Origin: an uncultured Alphaproteobacteria bacterium
Lineage (GTDB): Bacteria; Pseudomonadota; Alphaproteobacteria; Caulobacterales; Caulobacteraceae
Length of the DNA: 64,000 nt
Direction: 5' to 3'
Assembly: GCA_963752245.1 (NCBI GenBank)
Contig: CAVVXO010000005.1
Coordinates: forward strand, 34,418-98,417
Position numbers and translations under genes: made by a program. Below, piece after piece: positions 9,428-17,528 of the stretch; the first letter of the stretch is position 1; every line of letters begins with the position of its first letter. The notes under the pieces were generated by a model. It did not search any database, was not told the DNA's origin, and was given only the letters and a program-made list of their open reading frames with translations.

Positions 9428-9714
9428 CGCGAGCGCTGGCCGCCGCTCGCCGAGCCGTAGCGCCAGCGCAGCGCCAGGACGGCGCCGGACATCAGCAGCG
9501 CAAGGCTGTTGGCGATGGTCACCGGCCAGGCGGCGAGACGCACGCCATAGGCGATCCACAGGGCGAAGCCGGTGACGGTGATGAGATAGGTGCGGATCGA
9601 CACGCCCTCGACCTCGCGGGTGCGGACGATCTTGACGATCTGCGGCGCGAAGCTCAGCACCGAGCAGACGGCCGCCGCCGTTCCCACCGCGTTGGTCACC
9701 CAGTTGTCACCCAC
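9424..9714 (-). CDS. SemiSWEET (PQ-loop) sugar transporter
   Basis: 96 aa, three hydrophobic helices, SFAPQIVK..RTREVEGVS PQ motif, conserved W(I)AYG and TIAN. Confidence 0.9.
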   Translation of the reverse strand: MGDNWVTNAVGTAAAVCSVLSFAPQIVKIVRTREVEGVSIRTYLITVTGFALWIAYGVRLAAWPVTIANSLALLMSGAVLALRWRYGSASGGQRSR

Positions 9715-9745
9715 CTCGGCCCCCCCTCGTCACGGACCGCCCGGC

Positions 9746-9771
9746 AACGTCGCCGCCGAGGCGCCGGTTCC
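9746..9771 (-). promoter_or_regulatory. SigT/EcfG-type promoter for SemiSWEET-trxB-like-yihY operon
   Basis: Exact GGAAC(9771-9767)-N17-CGTT(9749-9746) on the minus strand, 31 nt upstream of the SemiSWEET start. Confidence 0.75.
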
Positions 9772-9816
9772 TGTCCGAGGGGCGGAGCCGAGGCCGCCGG
9801 AGCCGAGCCGCGCGGC

Positions 9817-11028
9817 ATGAATGGATCGGCCCAGGTGGCGGCGGTGATCGTCGGCGCACTGCTGTTCACCCTGATTCTGCAGGACGCTTTCGAAGTCATG
9901 CTCCTGCCCAGGCGGGTGAAGCGGCGATGGCGCCTGACACGCTACTACTTCCGGGCGTTCTGGCGGCTGTGGCGCGCCGCCGCCTCCCTCTGGCCGCAAG
10001 GCGAGCGGCGCGAGCGTTTCCTCAGCATCTTCGGGTCCCTGGCGATGACCCTGCTCTTCAGCCTGTGGGCGGTGACGCTGATCATCGCCTTCGGCCTCAT
10101 GCAGTGGGCGGCGCAGGCGCACCCCGTCGCCAAGGGAGCGCTCGACCTTGGCGACCAGATCTATTTCAGCGGCGTCACCTTCTTCACTTTGGGGTTCGGC
10201 GACCTCTCGCCCCACACGGGCTGGGCCAAGTTCCTCGCGGTGTTCGAGGCGGGGGTGGGCTTCGGCCTGATCGCCGTGGTGATCGGCTATCTGCCCGTGC
10301 TCTACCAGCTGTTCTCCAACCGCGAGGCGCACGTGCTGCAGCTGGACGCCCGCGCCGGCTCGCCGCCGAGCGCCGTCACCCTGCTCTGCCGCCACGCCGA
10401 GTCCGGCGCTCTCGATCAGGTCGACGACGTGCTGCGCGTCTGGGAGATCTGGGGAGCGCAGCTGCTGGAGAGCCATCTCTCCTATCCGATGCTGGCCTAC
10501 TACCGCTCGCAGCATGAGGATCAGTCCTGGTTGGCGGCGCTGATGTCGATCATCGACGCGTGCGCCCTCATCCTCGTCGGGGTCGAGGACGTCCGGCAGT
10601 TGCAGGCGCGGATGACCTTCGCGACCGCCCGGCAGGTGATCCTCGAGATGGCTCGCTCGCTGGAGGTCACGACCCCCGCCGCGCCGACGCCGACCCGCCT
10701 TTCGAGGGAGGACTACGCGGCCATCCTCGCCCTGTTCGGCGAGCGCGGCGTTGCCTGGAACGGCGGCGAGGCGGCGGAGCAGACCTTGGCGGTGGTCCGC
10801 GCCACCTACGAGCCGCTGGCCCTGGCCCTCGCCGAATATCTGCTGATTTCGCCGGCCCCCTGGCTGCCGGTCGAAGAGGCGACCGACCATTGGCAGAGGG
10901 GCGCGCGCGGCATCATCGCCCGCAACATGGTGCAGGGCCTGGCCGACGGCAGCCTATCGACGGAGGCGCCGATCTCCGCCGGACGGCTGCGCCGCTGGCG
11001 GCGTCGCCACGGGACCGCGCGGGGGTGA
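9817..11028 (+). CDS. Potassium-channel-family membrane protein with large C-terminal domain
   Basis: TM helices flanking the pore motif YFSGVTFFTLGFGD (TxGFG filter variant); C-domain SHLSYPMLAYYRSQH. Confidence 0.82.
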   Translation: MNGSAQVAAVIVGALLFTLILQDAFEVMLLPRRVKRRWRLTRYYFRAFWRLWRAAASLWPQGERRERFLSIFGSLAMTLLFSLWAVTLIIAFGLMQWAAQAHPVAKGALDLGDQIYFSGVTFFTLGFGDLSPHTGWAKFLAVFEAGVGFGLIAVVIGYLPVLYQLFSNREAHVLQLDARAGSPPSAVTLLCRHAESGALDQVDDVLRVWEIWGAQLLESHLSYPMLAYYRSQHEDQSWLAALMSIIDACALILVGVEDVRQLQARMTFATARQVILEMARSLEVTTPAAPTPTRLSREDYAAILALFGERGVAWNGGEAAEQTLAVVRATYEPLALALAEYLLISPAPWLPVEEATDHWQRGARGIIARNMVQGLADGSLSTEAPISAGRLRRWRRRHGTARG

Positions 11029-11039
11029 TCTTCTTCCCG

Positions 11040-12356
11040 TCAGGGCCGCAAGGTCGCGAACATGCCGATCGAAGCGGCGGCCATCACCGCGGTGGCGATC
11101 CATCCCATCGTCTTGAGCCCGGCGTGGATCTTGAAATCGCCCATCGCGGCGCGGTGACTGGCCATGTGCATGATCAGCACCATGATCGGCGTTGAGACCA
11201 CGCCATTGATCACCGCGCTCCAGAACAACGCCTTGATCGGATCGATGAAGCTCACGAAGTTGAGCGCCGCGCCGATCACCGTGGCCGCGGCGATGGCGCC
11301 GTAGAAGGCTCGCGCCCGGCCCAGCTTGCGCGCCAGGCCCACCCGCCAGCCGAACGCCTCGCCGAGGGCGAAGGCGGCCGACCCGGCCAGAACCGGCAGG
11401 GCCAACAGGCCGGTGCCAACAATGCCGAGCGCGAAGATGATCGAGGTGAACGGGCCGGCGATCGGCTTCAGCGCCTTGGCCGCGTCGGCGGAAGTCTGGA
11501 TGTCGGTGACGCCGTGGGCGTTCAGCGTCGCCGCCGTCGTCCACAGGATGAACATGGCGATCAGAGCCGAGAAGCCCATGCCGACATAGGTGTCCCAGCG
11601 AATGCGGTTCAGCTCGGACGGCGCCTGGTCGGGAGCGATCCGGAGGGGCTGTGCATCCGGACGCTCGCGAACCTCCTCGACTTCCTCTTCGGCCTGCCAG
11701 AAGAACAGGTAGGGGCTGATCGTCGTGCCAAGAATGGCGACCACGACCGTCAGATACCCTGGCGCGAACGACAGCTTCGGAACGACGAGGTGATAGAGCA
11801 CCGTCGACCAGTGGAGATGGATGGCGAGGGCGACGGCGACATAGGCGAACAGCGACAAGGTCAGCCACTTGAGCACCGAGACATAGCGGGCGTAGCGGAC
11901 GAACACCTCGAGACAGACCGACAGCGCGGCGAAGGCGGCGACGTAGAGCAGCGCGGGACCGCCGATCACCAGTCGCAGCGCCGCGCCCATGGCCCCGAGA
12001 TCGGCGCCGAGGTTGATAGTATTGGCCAGGACGAGCAGGGCGATCAGCCCGAGGACCAGCCAGCGCGGATAGTGCCGCGCCAGGTTGCCGGCGATGCCGC
12101 GCCCGGTCACTCGGCCTATGCGGGCGCTGACCTCCTGGATGGCGCACATCAGCGGCCAGCTGAACAACAAGGTCCAACCCAGATCGTAGCCGAACTGGGC
12201 GCCGGCCTGGGAATAGGTGGCGATTCCGCTCGGATCGTCGTCGGCCGCGCCGGTGATCAGGCCGGGGCCGAGCACCTCGAGAAGGGGCGGATGCGGTGGC
12301 TGCTTGGTGTCGCCCGGCGCGTCGTGCGCGCGGTCGACGTCCGCGGATTCGTCCAC
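11040..12356 (-). CDS. NRAMP-family divalent metal transporter
   Basis: GPGLITGAADDDPSGIATYSQAGA, ILGTTISPYLFFWQA, about 11 TM segments; GTG start at 12356 chosen for the GGAGG RBS. Confidence 0.92.
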   Translation of the reverse strand: MDESADVDRAHDAPGDTKQPPHPPLLEVLGPGLITGAADDDPSGIATYSQAGAQFGYDLGWTLLFSWPLMCAIQEVSARIGRVTGRGIAGNLARHYPRWLVLGLIALLVLANTINLGADLGAMGAALRLVIGGPALLYVAAFAALSVCLEVFVRYARYVSVLKWLTLSLFAYVAVALAIHLHWSTVLYHLVVPKLSFAPGYLTVVVAILGTTISPYLFFWQAEEEVEEVRERPDAQPLRIAPDQAPSELNRIRWDTYVGMGFSALIAMFILWTTAATLNAHGVTDIQTSADAAKALKPIAGPFTSIIFALGIVGTGLLALPVLAGSAAFALGEAFGWRVGLARKLGRARAFYGAIAAATVIGAALNFVSFIDPIKALFWSAVINGVVSTPIMVLIMHMASHRAAMGDFKIHAGLKTMGWIATAVMAAASIGMFATLRP

Positions 12357-12429
12357 CTTCCCTCCAATCCGTGACTCGCGGGTCCGTTGGCGTTCGGCCA
12401 ACGCTCAAGCGGCGATTGGCGGGCCGACG

Positions 12430-12455
12430 GGAACCTACGGGCCGACCTTACCGTT
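12430..12455 (+). promoter_or_regulatory. SigT/EcfG-type promoter for csbD-like gene
   Basis: Exact GGAAC(12430-34)-N17-CGTT(12452-55), 40 nt upstream of the ATG at 12496. Confidence 0.8.
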
Positions 12456-12495
12456 GGCGAAGCCTCGTTACTGGCTGATGAAAGGTGGATTCGCC

Positions 12496-12678
12496 ATGAG
12501 CGGCAATCGAGTGGAAGGCGCGGCGCGCAAGGCGGCCGGCGCGATCAAGGAAGGCGCCGGGCGGATCGCCGGCGATCGAAAGATGGAAGCCGAAGGCGCG
12601 GCGGAAAAGGCCGGCGGTTCGGTTCAGAACAAGGTCGGCAAGGTGCAGGACAAGGTCGGCGCCGCTCTCAGGCGCTAA
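12496..12678 (+). CDS. CsbD-family general stress protein
   Basis: 60 aa: NRVEGAARKAAGAIKEGAG..GDRKMEAEGAAEK..GSVQNKVGKVQD. Confidence 0.9.
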   Translation: MSGNRVEGAARKAAGAIKEGAGRIAGDRKMEAEGAAEKAGGSVQNKVGKVQDKVGAALRR

Positions 12679-12695
12679 GGGCGCCACCGGCGAAG

Positions 12696-13500
12696 TCAGG
12701 CGGCGGCCGGCGCGGCGCGTGGATGAAAGAACAGCGCCTGGCCGATCGCCGCCTTCACCGTCTCGGCCTGGAAGGGCTTGGTGATCAGGAAGGTCGGCTC
12801 TGGCCGGTCGCCGGTCAGCAGACGCTCGGGGAAGGCCGTGATGAAGATGACCGGCGCGTCCTGCCGGCCAAGAATGTCGCGGACCGCGTCGATTCCGGAT
12901 GAGCCGTCGGCGAGCTGGATGTCGGCGAGCACGAGACCCGGCTCGGATCGACTGGCGAGATGGGCGGCCTCGTCGCGGGTGGCGGCGATCCCGACCACCT
13001 TGTGGCCCAGATCCATCACCAGCGCCTCGATGTCGGCAGCGATGATCGGTTCGTCTTCGATGATGAGGACGCTGGTGGCCAACTCGGCGTCGATCTCCCG
13101 CTGCGCCTGGGCAATCAGTTCGGCGATGCGCCCGACGCCCACCCCCAGAATGGCCGCGGTCTCGTCCGGCGTGAAGCCTTCGACGGCGGTGAGCAGAAAC
13201 GCTTGCCGAGACGGCGGCGCGATCCGCATCAGCCGTTGGGCGGCGCCGACCGTCTCGCCTCCGTCGCCATCGTCGTGACGCCGTTCCAGACGCGCGCCGG
13301 AACTCTGCCAGATGGCGTGGAATACCTGATAGAGCGCGACGCGCGGCGGCGCGTCGGAGTTCGAGCGCTCTTTCGCCGGCGGCGAGGGCCTCGAGCGTGA
13401 CGCGGACGTACTGGTCGCCGGTGGCCTGATCGCCGGTAAGGGCGCGAGCATAACGCCGCACGTAAGGCAGGTGGGGTCCCAGCTTTGCCAAAAGGCTCAT
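12696..13500 (-). CDS. phyR: PhyR anti-anti-sigma response regulator (one +1 frameshift near 13359 as sequenced)
   Basis: N-terminus MSLLAKLGPHLPYVRRYARALTGDQ in one frame, then SDAPPRVALYQVFHAIW...IIEDEPII..LADIQLADGSSGIDAV..ITKPF in the next; removing one base gives a colinear match to Caulobacter PhyR. Confidence 0.95.
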
Positions 13501-13574
13501 GCACATCCTCGAAAAAGCCCGCCGCGCGCGAAATGGCCGACGGTTCGCTACGACCCGGTCGGCGTCACCTCTGC

Positions 13575-13601
13575 GGAACGCCGGGGCCGCCCGTGCGTTC
13601 C
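13575..13601. promoter_or_regulatory. Palindromic dual SigT promoter driving nepR-sigT (+) and phyR (-)
   Basis: GGAACG-N15-CGTTCC reads GGAAC-N16-CGTT exactly on both strands. Confidence 0.85.
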
Positions 13602-13655
13602 ACGCCTGGAGCGGGCCGATCACGGGCAACACCGACCCTACAGCATGCGTCGGCG

Positions 13656-13681
13656 GGAACCAATCGGCGGCGAAGGCGCTT
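13656..13681 (+). promoter_or_regulatory. Possible second SigT-type promoter directly upstream of nepR
   Basis: GGAAC(13656-60)-N16-CGCTT; non-canonical -10 element. Confidence 0.35.
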
Positions 13682-13693
13682 GGTGTGCTCGCC

Positions 13694-13948
13694 ATGAGCA
13701 AACCCTCAGACCGACGGGCGAGCGGCGAGCCCAAGTCTCGTCAAGCTCCGCGACAGGCGTCGGCCATCGACGGGGCGCCCGACACCGCGAGCGCTCAGGG
13801 ACCGGCGCCAGCCGACCTCGACGAGGCCAAGCTTCGCCAGCAGGCGCTGGGCGCGCGCCTCAGGCAAATGTTCGACGATGTGATGAACGAGCCGGTGCCG
13901 GGCGAATTCCTCGACATTCTGCGAGGCGCCGAGTTCGAAGGGCGATAA
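13694..13948 (+). CDS. nepR: NepR anti-sigma factor
   Basis: ALGARLRQMFDDVMNEPVPGEFLDILR core; lies between phyR and the ECF sigma gene. Confidence 0.93.
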   Translation: MSKPSDRRASGEPKSRQAPRQASAIDGAPDTASAQGPAPADLDEAKLRQQALGARLRQMFDDVMNEPVPGEFLDILRGAEFEGR

Positions 13949-13954
13949 CGCGCG

Positions 13955-14578
13955 TTGACCCAGGTTGCGCGACGCGGCGAGGATGGCGGCAAGCCTCGCC
14001 TGGCCAATCCTCGGCGAGACCGCGCCTTCAAGGACCAGCTGGTCACGCTCATACCGGCATTGCGCGCCTTCGCCCGTTCGCTGACTGGCGATCCGGCCGC
14101 CGCCGACGATCTCGCGCAGGACGCGATGATGAAGGCCTGGGACGCGCGCGAAAGCTTCGAGATGGGCACGAACATGAAGGCGTGGACTTTCATGATCCTG
14201 CGCAACCAGTTCTATTCGGACAAGCGCCGCTCGTGGCGGCAAAGCCAGCTCGATCAGGAAGCCGCCGAGCGGACGCTGATGGCGGTCGACGATCCGGCCT
14301 CGCCCCTGGCCCTCGATGAGCTTCGGCTCGGCTTGGCCATGCTGCCGAACGAGCAACGTGAGGCGCTGGTGCTGGTCGGCGCCGGCGGGTTTGCCTACGA
14401 GGAGGCGGCGGCGATCTGCCAGTGCGCCGTCGGCACGGTGAAGTCGCGGGTCAGCCGGGCGCGCCGGGCGCTGCAGGCGATCCTGGAGAGCGGCGCCTAT
14501 AAGCGCGACGGGGGCTCGGCCAGCGAGGCGATGCGGGCGATCATGGCTCAGGCGGAGCGCCTGAGCGGGGCGAGGTGA
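13955..14578 (+). CDS. sigT: ECF15 general-stress sigma factor (SigT/EcfG)
   Basis: LRAFARSLTG, DDLAQDAMMKAW, GTNMKAWTFMILRNQFYS, CAVGTVKSRVSRAR; downstream of nepR. Confidence 0.95.
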   Translation: MTQVARRGEDGGKPRLANPRRDRAFKDQLVTLIPALRAFARSLTGDPAAADDLAQDAMMKAWDARESFEMGTNMKAWTFMILRNQFYSDKRRSWRQSQLDQEAAERTLMAVDDPASPLALDELRLGLAMLPNEQREALVLVGAGGFAYEEAAAICQCAVGTVKSRVSRARRALQAILESGAYKRDGGSASEAMRAIMAQAERLSGAR

Positions 14579-16227
14579 GCCGGGGGGCCCGGGGGCGCCA
14601 CGACGGCATACGTCTGCGGCTCGGTCTGACGCTGGCCGCCGCCCTGGCGCCGGTGCTGGTCTTGAGCGGCTTGCAATCGGCGCTGATCTTCAACAGGGAC
14701 GCCGCCGATAAGCGGGCCGAGCTGGTCGGCGCGGCGCGCCAGGCGGCGAACGGCATCCGCGCCAACCTGGGCGAGACCGCCAGCCTGTTGCGCGGCATCG
14801 CCGCCACCACCGCCAGCTATCAGTGCGTCGAACGGCTGGAAGACCTGAAGTCTCGCATGCCGAGCTTCCTCAATCTGGTTCGACTGAACGCGCAAGGATG
14901 GGTGACCTGCGCCGCCACGCCCGTCTCCAACGACCAGGCGCAGGGAGCGCGGCAAGGCCTGCGCGATCTGAGGCGCGGCCGATCGCTGTCGGTTCGCGCC
15001 TCCTTCTCTGGCGGCGACGGACGCCCGATCGTCTTGATCGGCGTGCCGGAGAGCGTCGAAGACGGTCGAGCCGGAGGGTCGATGACGGCGGTGATCTCGG
15101 CCGCCGCCCTGGCCTCATCGGGGGCCGGCCGCGCGGCGCCCGCCGATTCCGAGGTGGCGATCACCGACAAGGACGGCCGTTTCGTCGCCAGCGCCACACC
15201 GGCGCGCTTTCCGCGCGACCCTTCGGCCGCCCTCCACTGGGCGCGCGGCCGGGCCGGCGTGATCTGGTTGGGCGCCGACCGGACCGGCGAATCGCGCCTG
15301 TTCGCCGCCGCGCCGCTGGCCGACGACCTCGATGTCGTGCTTTCCGCGCCGTCCGAGGGGCTGATCTCCTGGGCGCGACTCAATCCGCTCTCCGCGTTCG
15401 TTCTGCCGATCCTCGCCTTTCTGGTCGCGCTCGCCTCCGTCGCGCTGGTCGCCGAGCGCGGCGTGGTGCGCTGGATCCTCTACCTGCGCCGGGTCGCGCA
15501 GCTCTACGCCGGCGGTCGCTATGGCGTGCGCCCGACCAAGGCGGAAGCGGCGCCGGCGGAGATCCGCGAGCTGGCGGCCGCGCTGGGGCACATGGCCGAA
15601 ACACTCATGGCCAGGGATGTGGCGCTGCGCGACAACATCGCCGCCAAGGACAAGATGATGCGCGAGATTCATCATCGCGTTAAGAACAATCTACAAGTGA
15701 TCTCGTCTCTGTTGAACCTGCAGCAACGCTCGTTGAGCGACGACCGCGCCAGGGCGGCGATCAGAGACACACGACAACGGATCCTGGCGATGTCGTTGAT
15801 ATATCGAGCGCTGTATGAAGGACCCGACCTGGGGCACGTGAACCTCGCGGACTTCGTCAACGAGCTGGTGGCGCAGCTGCTGACGGAGAACCGCGATCTG
15901 CCGTCGCAAACCGACGTGCGCACCGCGCCTCTAAACATCGAGCCCGACCGGCTGGCGCCCTTGGCGCTGTTCATCGTCGAAGCGGTGGGCAATGTCGCCC
16001 GGGGCGGGCATTCCGAATCCGAGCGGCCGCTCGGCATACGGTTCGATCGATCGGCCGAGCGGGGTGAGTTGCTGATCTCCCAGGGAGCGCCGCCCGCCGA
16101 AGAGCGCGACCTTGGCGCAACCCTCATGAAGGTATTCGCCCGCCAACTCGGCGGTGACGTCAGCTACCCGCCCAATCCGACCGGAGGTCACGACGCCCGC
16201 CTGGTCTTCCCGCTTCACGTCACCTAA
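14575..16227 (+). CDS. phyK: Membrane sensor histidine kinase, HisKA_2 type (PhyK-like)
   Basis: Two TM segments around a periplasmic Cache-like region, HAMP-like linker, EIHHRVKNNLQVISSLL; same nepR-sigT-kinase order as Caulobacter phyK. Confidence 0.8.
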   Translation: MSRGARGRHDGIRLRLGLTLAAALAPVLVLSGLQSALIFNRDAADKRAELVGAARQAANGIRANLGETASLLRGIAATTASYQCVERLEDLKSRMPSFLNLVRLNAQGWVTCAATPVSNDQAQGARQGLRDLRRGRSLSVRASFSGGDGRPIVLIGVPESVEDGRAGGSMTAVISAAALASSGAGRAAPADSEVAITDKDGRFVASATPARFPRDPSAALHWARGRAGVIWLGADRTGESRLFAAAPLADDLDVVLSAPSEGLISWARLNPLSAFVLPILAFLVALASVALVAERGVVRWILYLRRVAQLYAGGRYGVRPTKAEAAPAEIRELAAALGHMAETLMARDVALRDNIAAKDKMMREIHHRVKNNLQVISSLLNLQQRSLSDDRARAAIRDTRQRILAMSLIYRALYEGPDLGHVNLADFVNELVAQLLTENRDLPSQTDVRTAPLNIEPDRLAPLALFIVEAVGNVARGGHSESERPLGIRFDRSAERGELLISQGAPPAEERDLGATLMKVFARQLGGDVSYPPNPTGGHDARLVFPLHVT

Positions 16228-16268
16228 GGCGCGGCCGCTCCCGAACCCTCCGCGGAACGGCGCCGCTG

Positions 16269-16294
16269 GGAACCGGCGGGGCCCTGGCGCGCTT
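16269..16294 (+). promoter_or_regulatory. Possible SigT-type promoter for GT4-GDE-otsB-GH15-otsA run
   Basis: GGAAC(16269-73)-N16-CGCTT, 118 nt upstream of the GT4 ATG; non-canonical -10. Confidence 0.4.
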
Positions 16295-16412
16295 TCCTGT
16301 TTCCGTCGCCAGCGGCTTCGAAGGCCTTACCCGCGTCCGCGCGCGGCGGCGTGAGCGAACCCAGAGGTCGCGTGATCTCGCGGCCTCGCCGAGTTGAAGG
16401 TCGGAAGGCAAG

Positions 16413-17525
16413 ATGCGCATCGCCCAGGTTCCCCCGCTTTACGAAGCCACGCCTCCGCGCCTCTACGGCGGGACCGAGCGGGTCGTGGCGCACCTGAGCG
16501 ACGCCCTTGTCGACCTTGGCCATGACGTCACGCTCTATGGCAGCGCCGAATCGCGCACCAAGGCCCGGCTCGTGACGGTCCGAGATCAGGCGATACGGCT
16601 CGATCCGGCGCCCCTGAAGTCGGACCTGGCGGCGCACATGAACATGCTGAATCAGGTGGCCGCCGACCTGGAACGCTTCGACATCGTGCACTTCCACGTC
16701 GACATGGTTCACTTCCCGATGTTCGAGGCCGCCGCCTCCCGCACCCTGACCACGTTGCACGGCCGCCTCGACATCAAGGATTTGCCCGAGGTCTACCGGC
16801 GGTGGAACCGCTATCCGCTGGTGTCGATCTCGGACGCGCAGCGGGCTCCGCTGCCCTTCGCCAACTGGGCCGGGACCGTCTACCACGGCTTCCCGGAGGA
16901 TCTGTATCGCTTCGAGGCCGAGCCGCGCGGCTATCTGGCGTTCCTGGGCCGCATGTCGCCGGAGAAAGGCCCCGACCGGGCGATCGCCATCGCCAAACGG
17001 CTCGGCAAGCCGCTGCGCATGGCCGCCAAGGTCGACGCCGCCGACAAGGCGTGGTTCGAAGCGAAGATCGAACCGTTGTTGGGCGATCCGCTCATCGACT
17101 ATGTCGGCGAGATCAACGATCAGGCGAAGTCCGATTTTCTCGGCGGCGCGGAGGCGCTGCTCTTTCCGATCGACTGGCCCGAGCCATTCGGCCTGGTGTG
17201 CATCGAGGCCATGGCTTGCGGCACGCCGGTGATCGCCTATCGTCACGGCGCCGCCCCCGAGGTGATCGACAGCGGCGTCACCGGATTCGTCGTCGACAAT
17301 GAAGACCAAGCCATCGAGGCGGCGAACGCCGTCGCGCACCTGGACCGGCGCGAGGTGCGCCGGCGATTCATCCGGCGGTTCTCGGCGACGGCGATGGCGC
17401 GCGGCTATCTCGATCTCTATGCCGATCGGCTCGCCCGGCAGCCGTTCGGGGCGGGACCTTGGCGCGAGCCTCTGGCGATCGCCGCCAACACCGAGGCCAG
17501 GCCGGTGGCCGACGCCGCCGTCTAA
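16413..17525 (+). CDS. Glycosyltransferase family 4
   Basis: MRIAQVPPLYE..PPRLYGGTERVV, FLGRMSPEKG, WPEPFGLVCIEAMACGTPV (E-x7-E). Confidence 0.93.
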   Translation: MRIAQVPPLYEATPPRLYGGTERVVAHLSDALVDLGHDVTLYGSAESRTKARLVTVRDQAIRLDPAPLKSDLAAHMNMLNQVAADLERFDIVHFHVDMVHFPMFEAAASRTLTTLHGRLDIKDLPEVYRRWNRYPLVSISDAQRAPLPFANWAGTVYHGFPEDLYRFEAEPRGYLAFLGRMSPEKGPDRAIAIAKRLGKPLRMAAKVDAADKAWFEAKIEPLLGDPLIDYVGEINDQAKSDFLGGAEALLFPIDWPEPFGLVCIEAMACGTPVIAYRHGAAPEVIDSGVTGFVVDNEDQAIEAANAVAHLDRREVRRRFIRRFSATAMARGYLDLYADRLARQPFGAGPWREPLAIAANTEARPVADAAV

Positions 17526-17528
17526 CTC

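Noticed and set aside
9817-11028. GFG instead of GYG in the K+ channel filter
   Set aside because: GFG is a known natural variant of the selectivity filter.
13350-13365. Programmed frameshift or phase variation in phyR
   Set aside because: No slippery heptamer or long homopolymer; same +1 pattern as the probable errors in essential genes.
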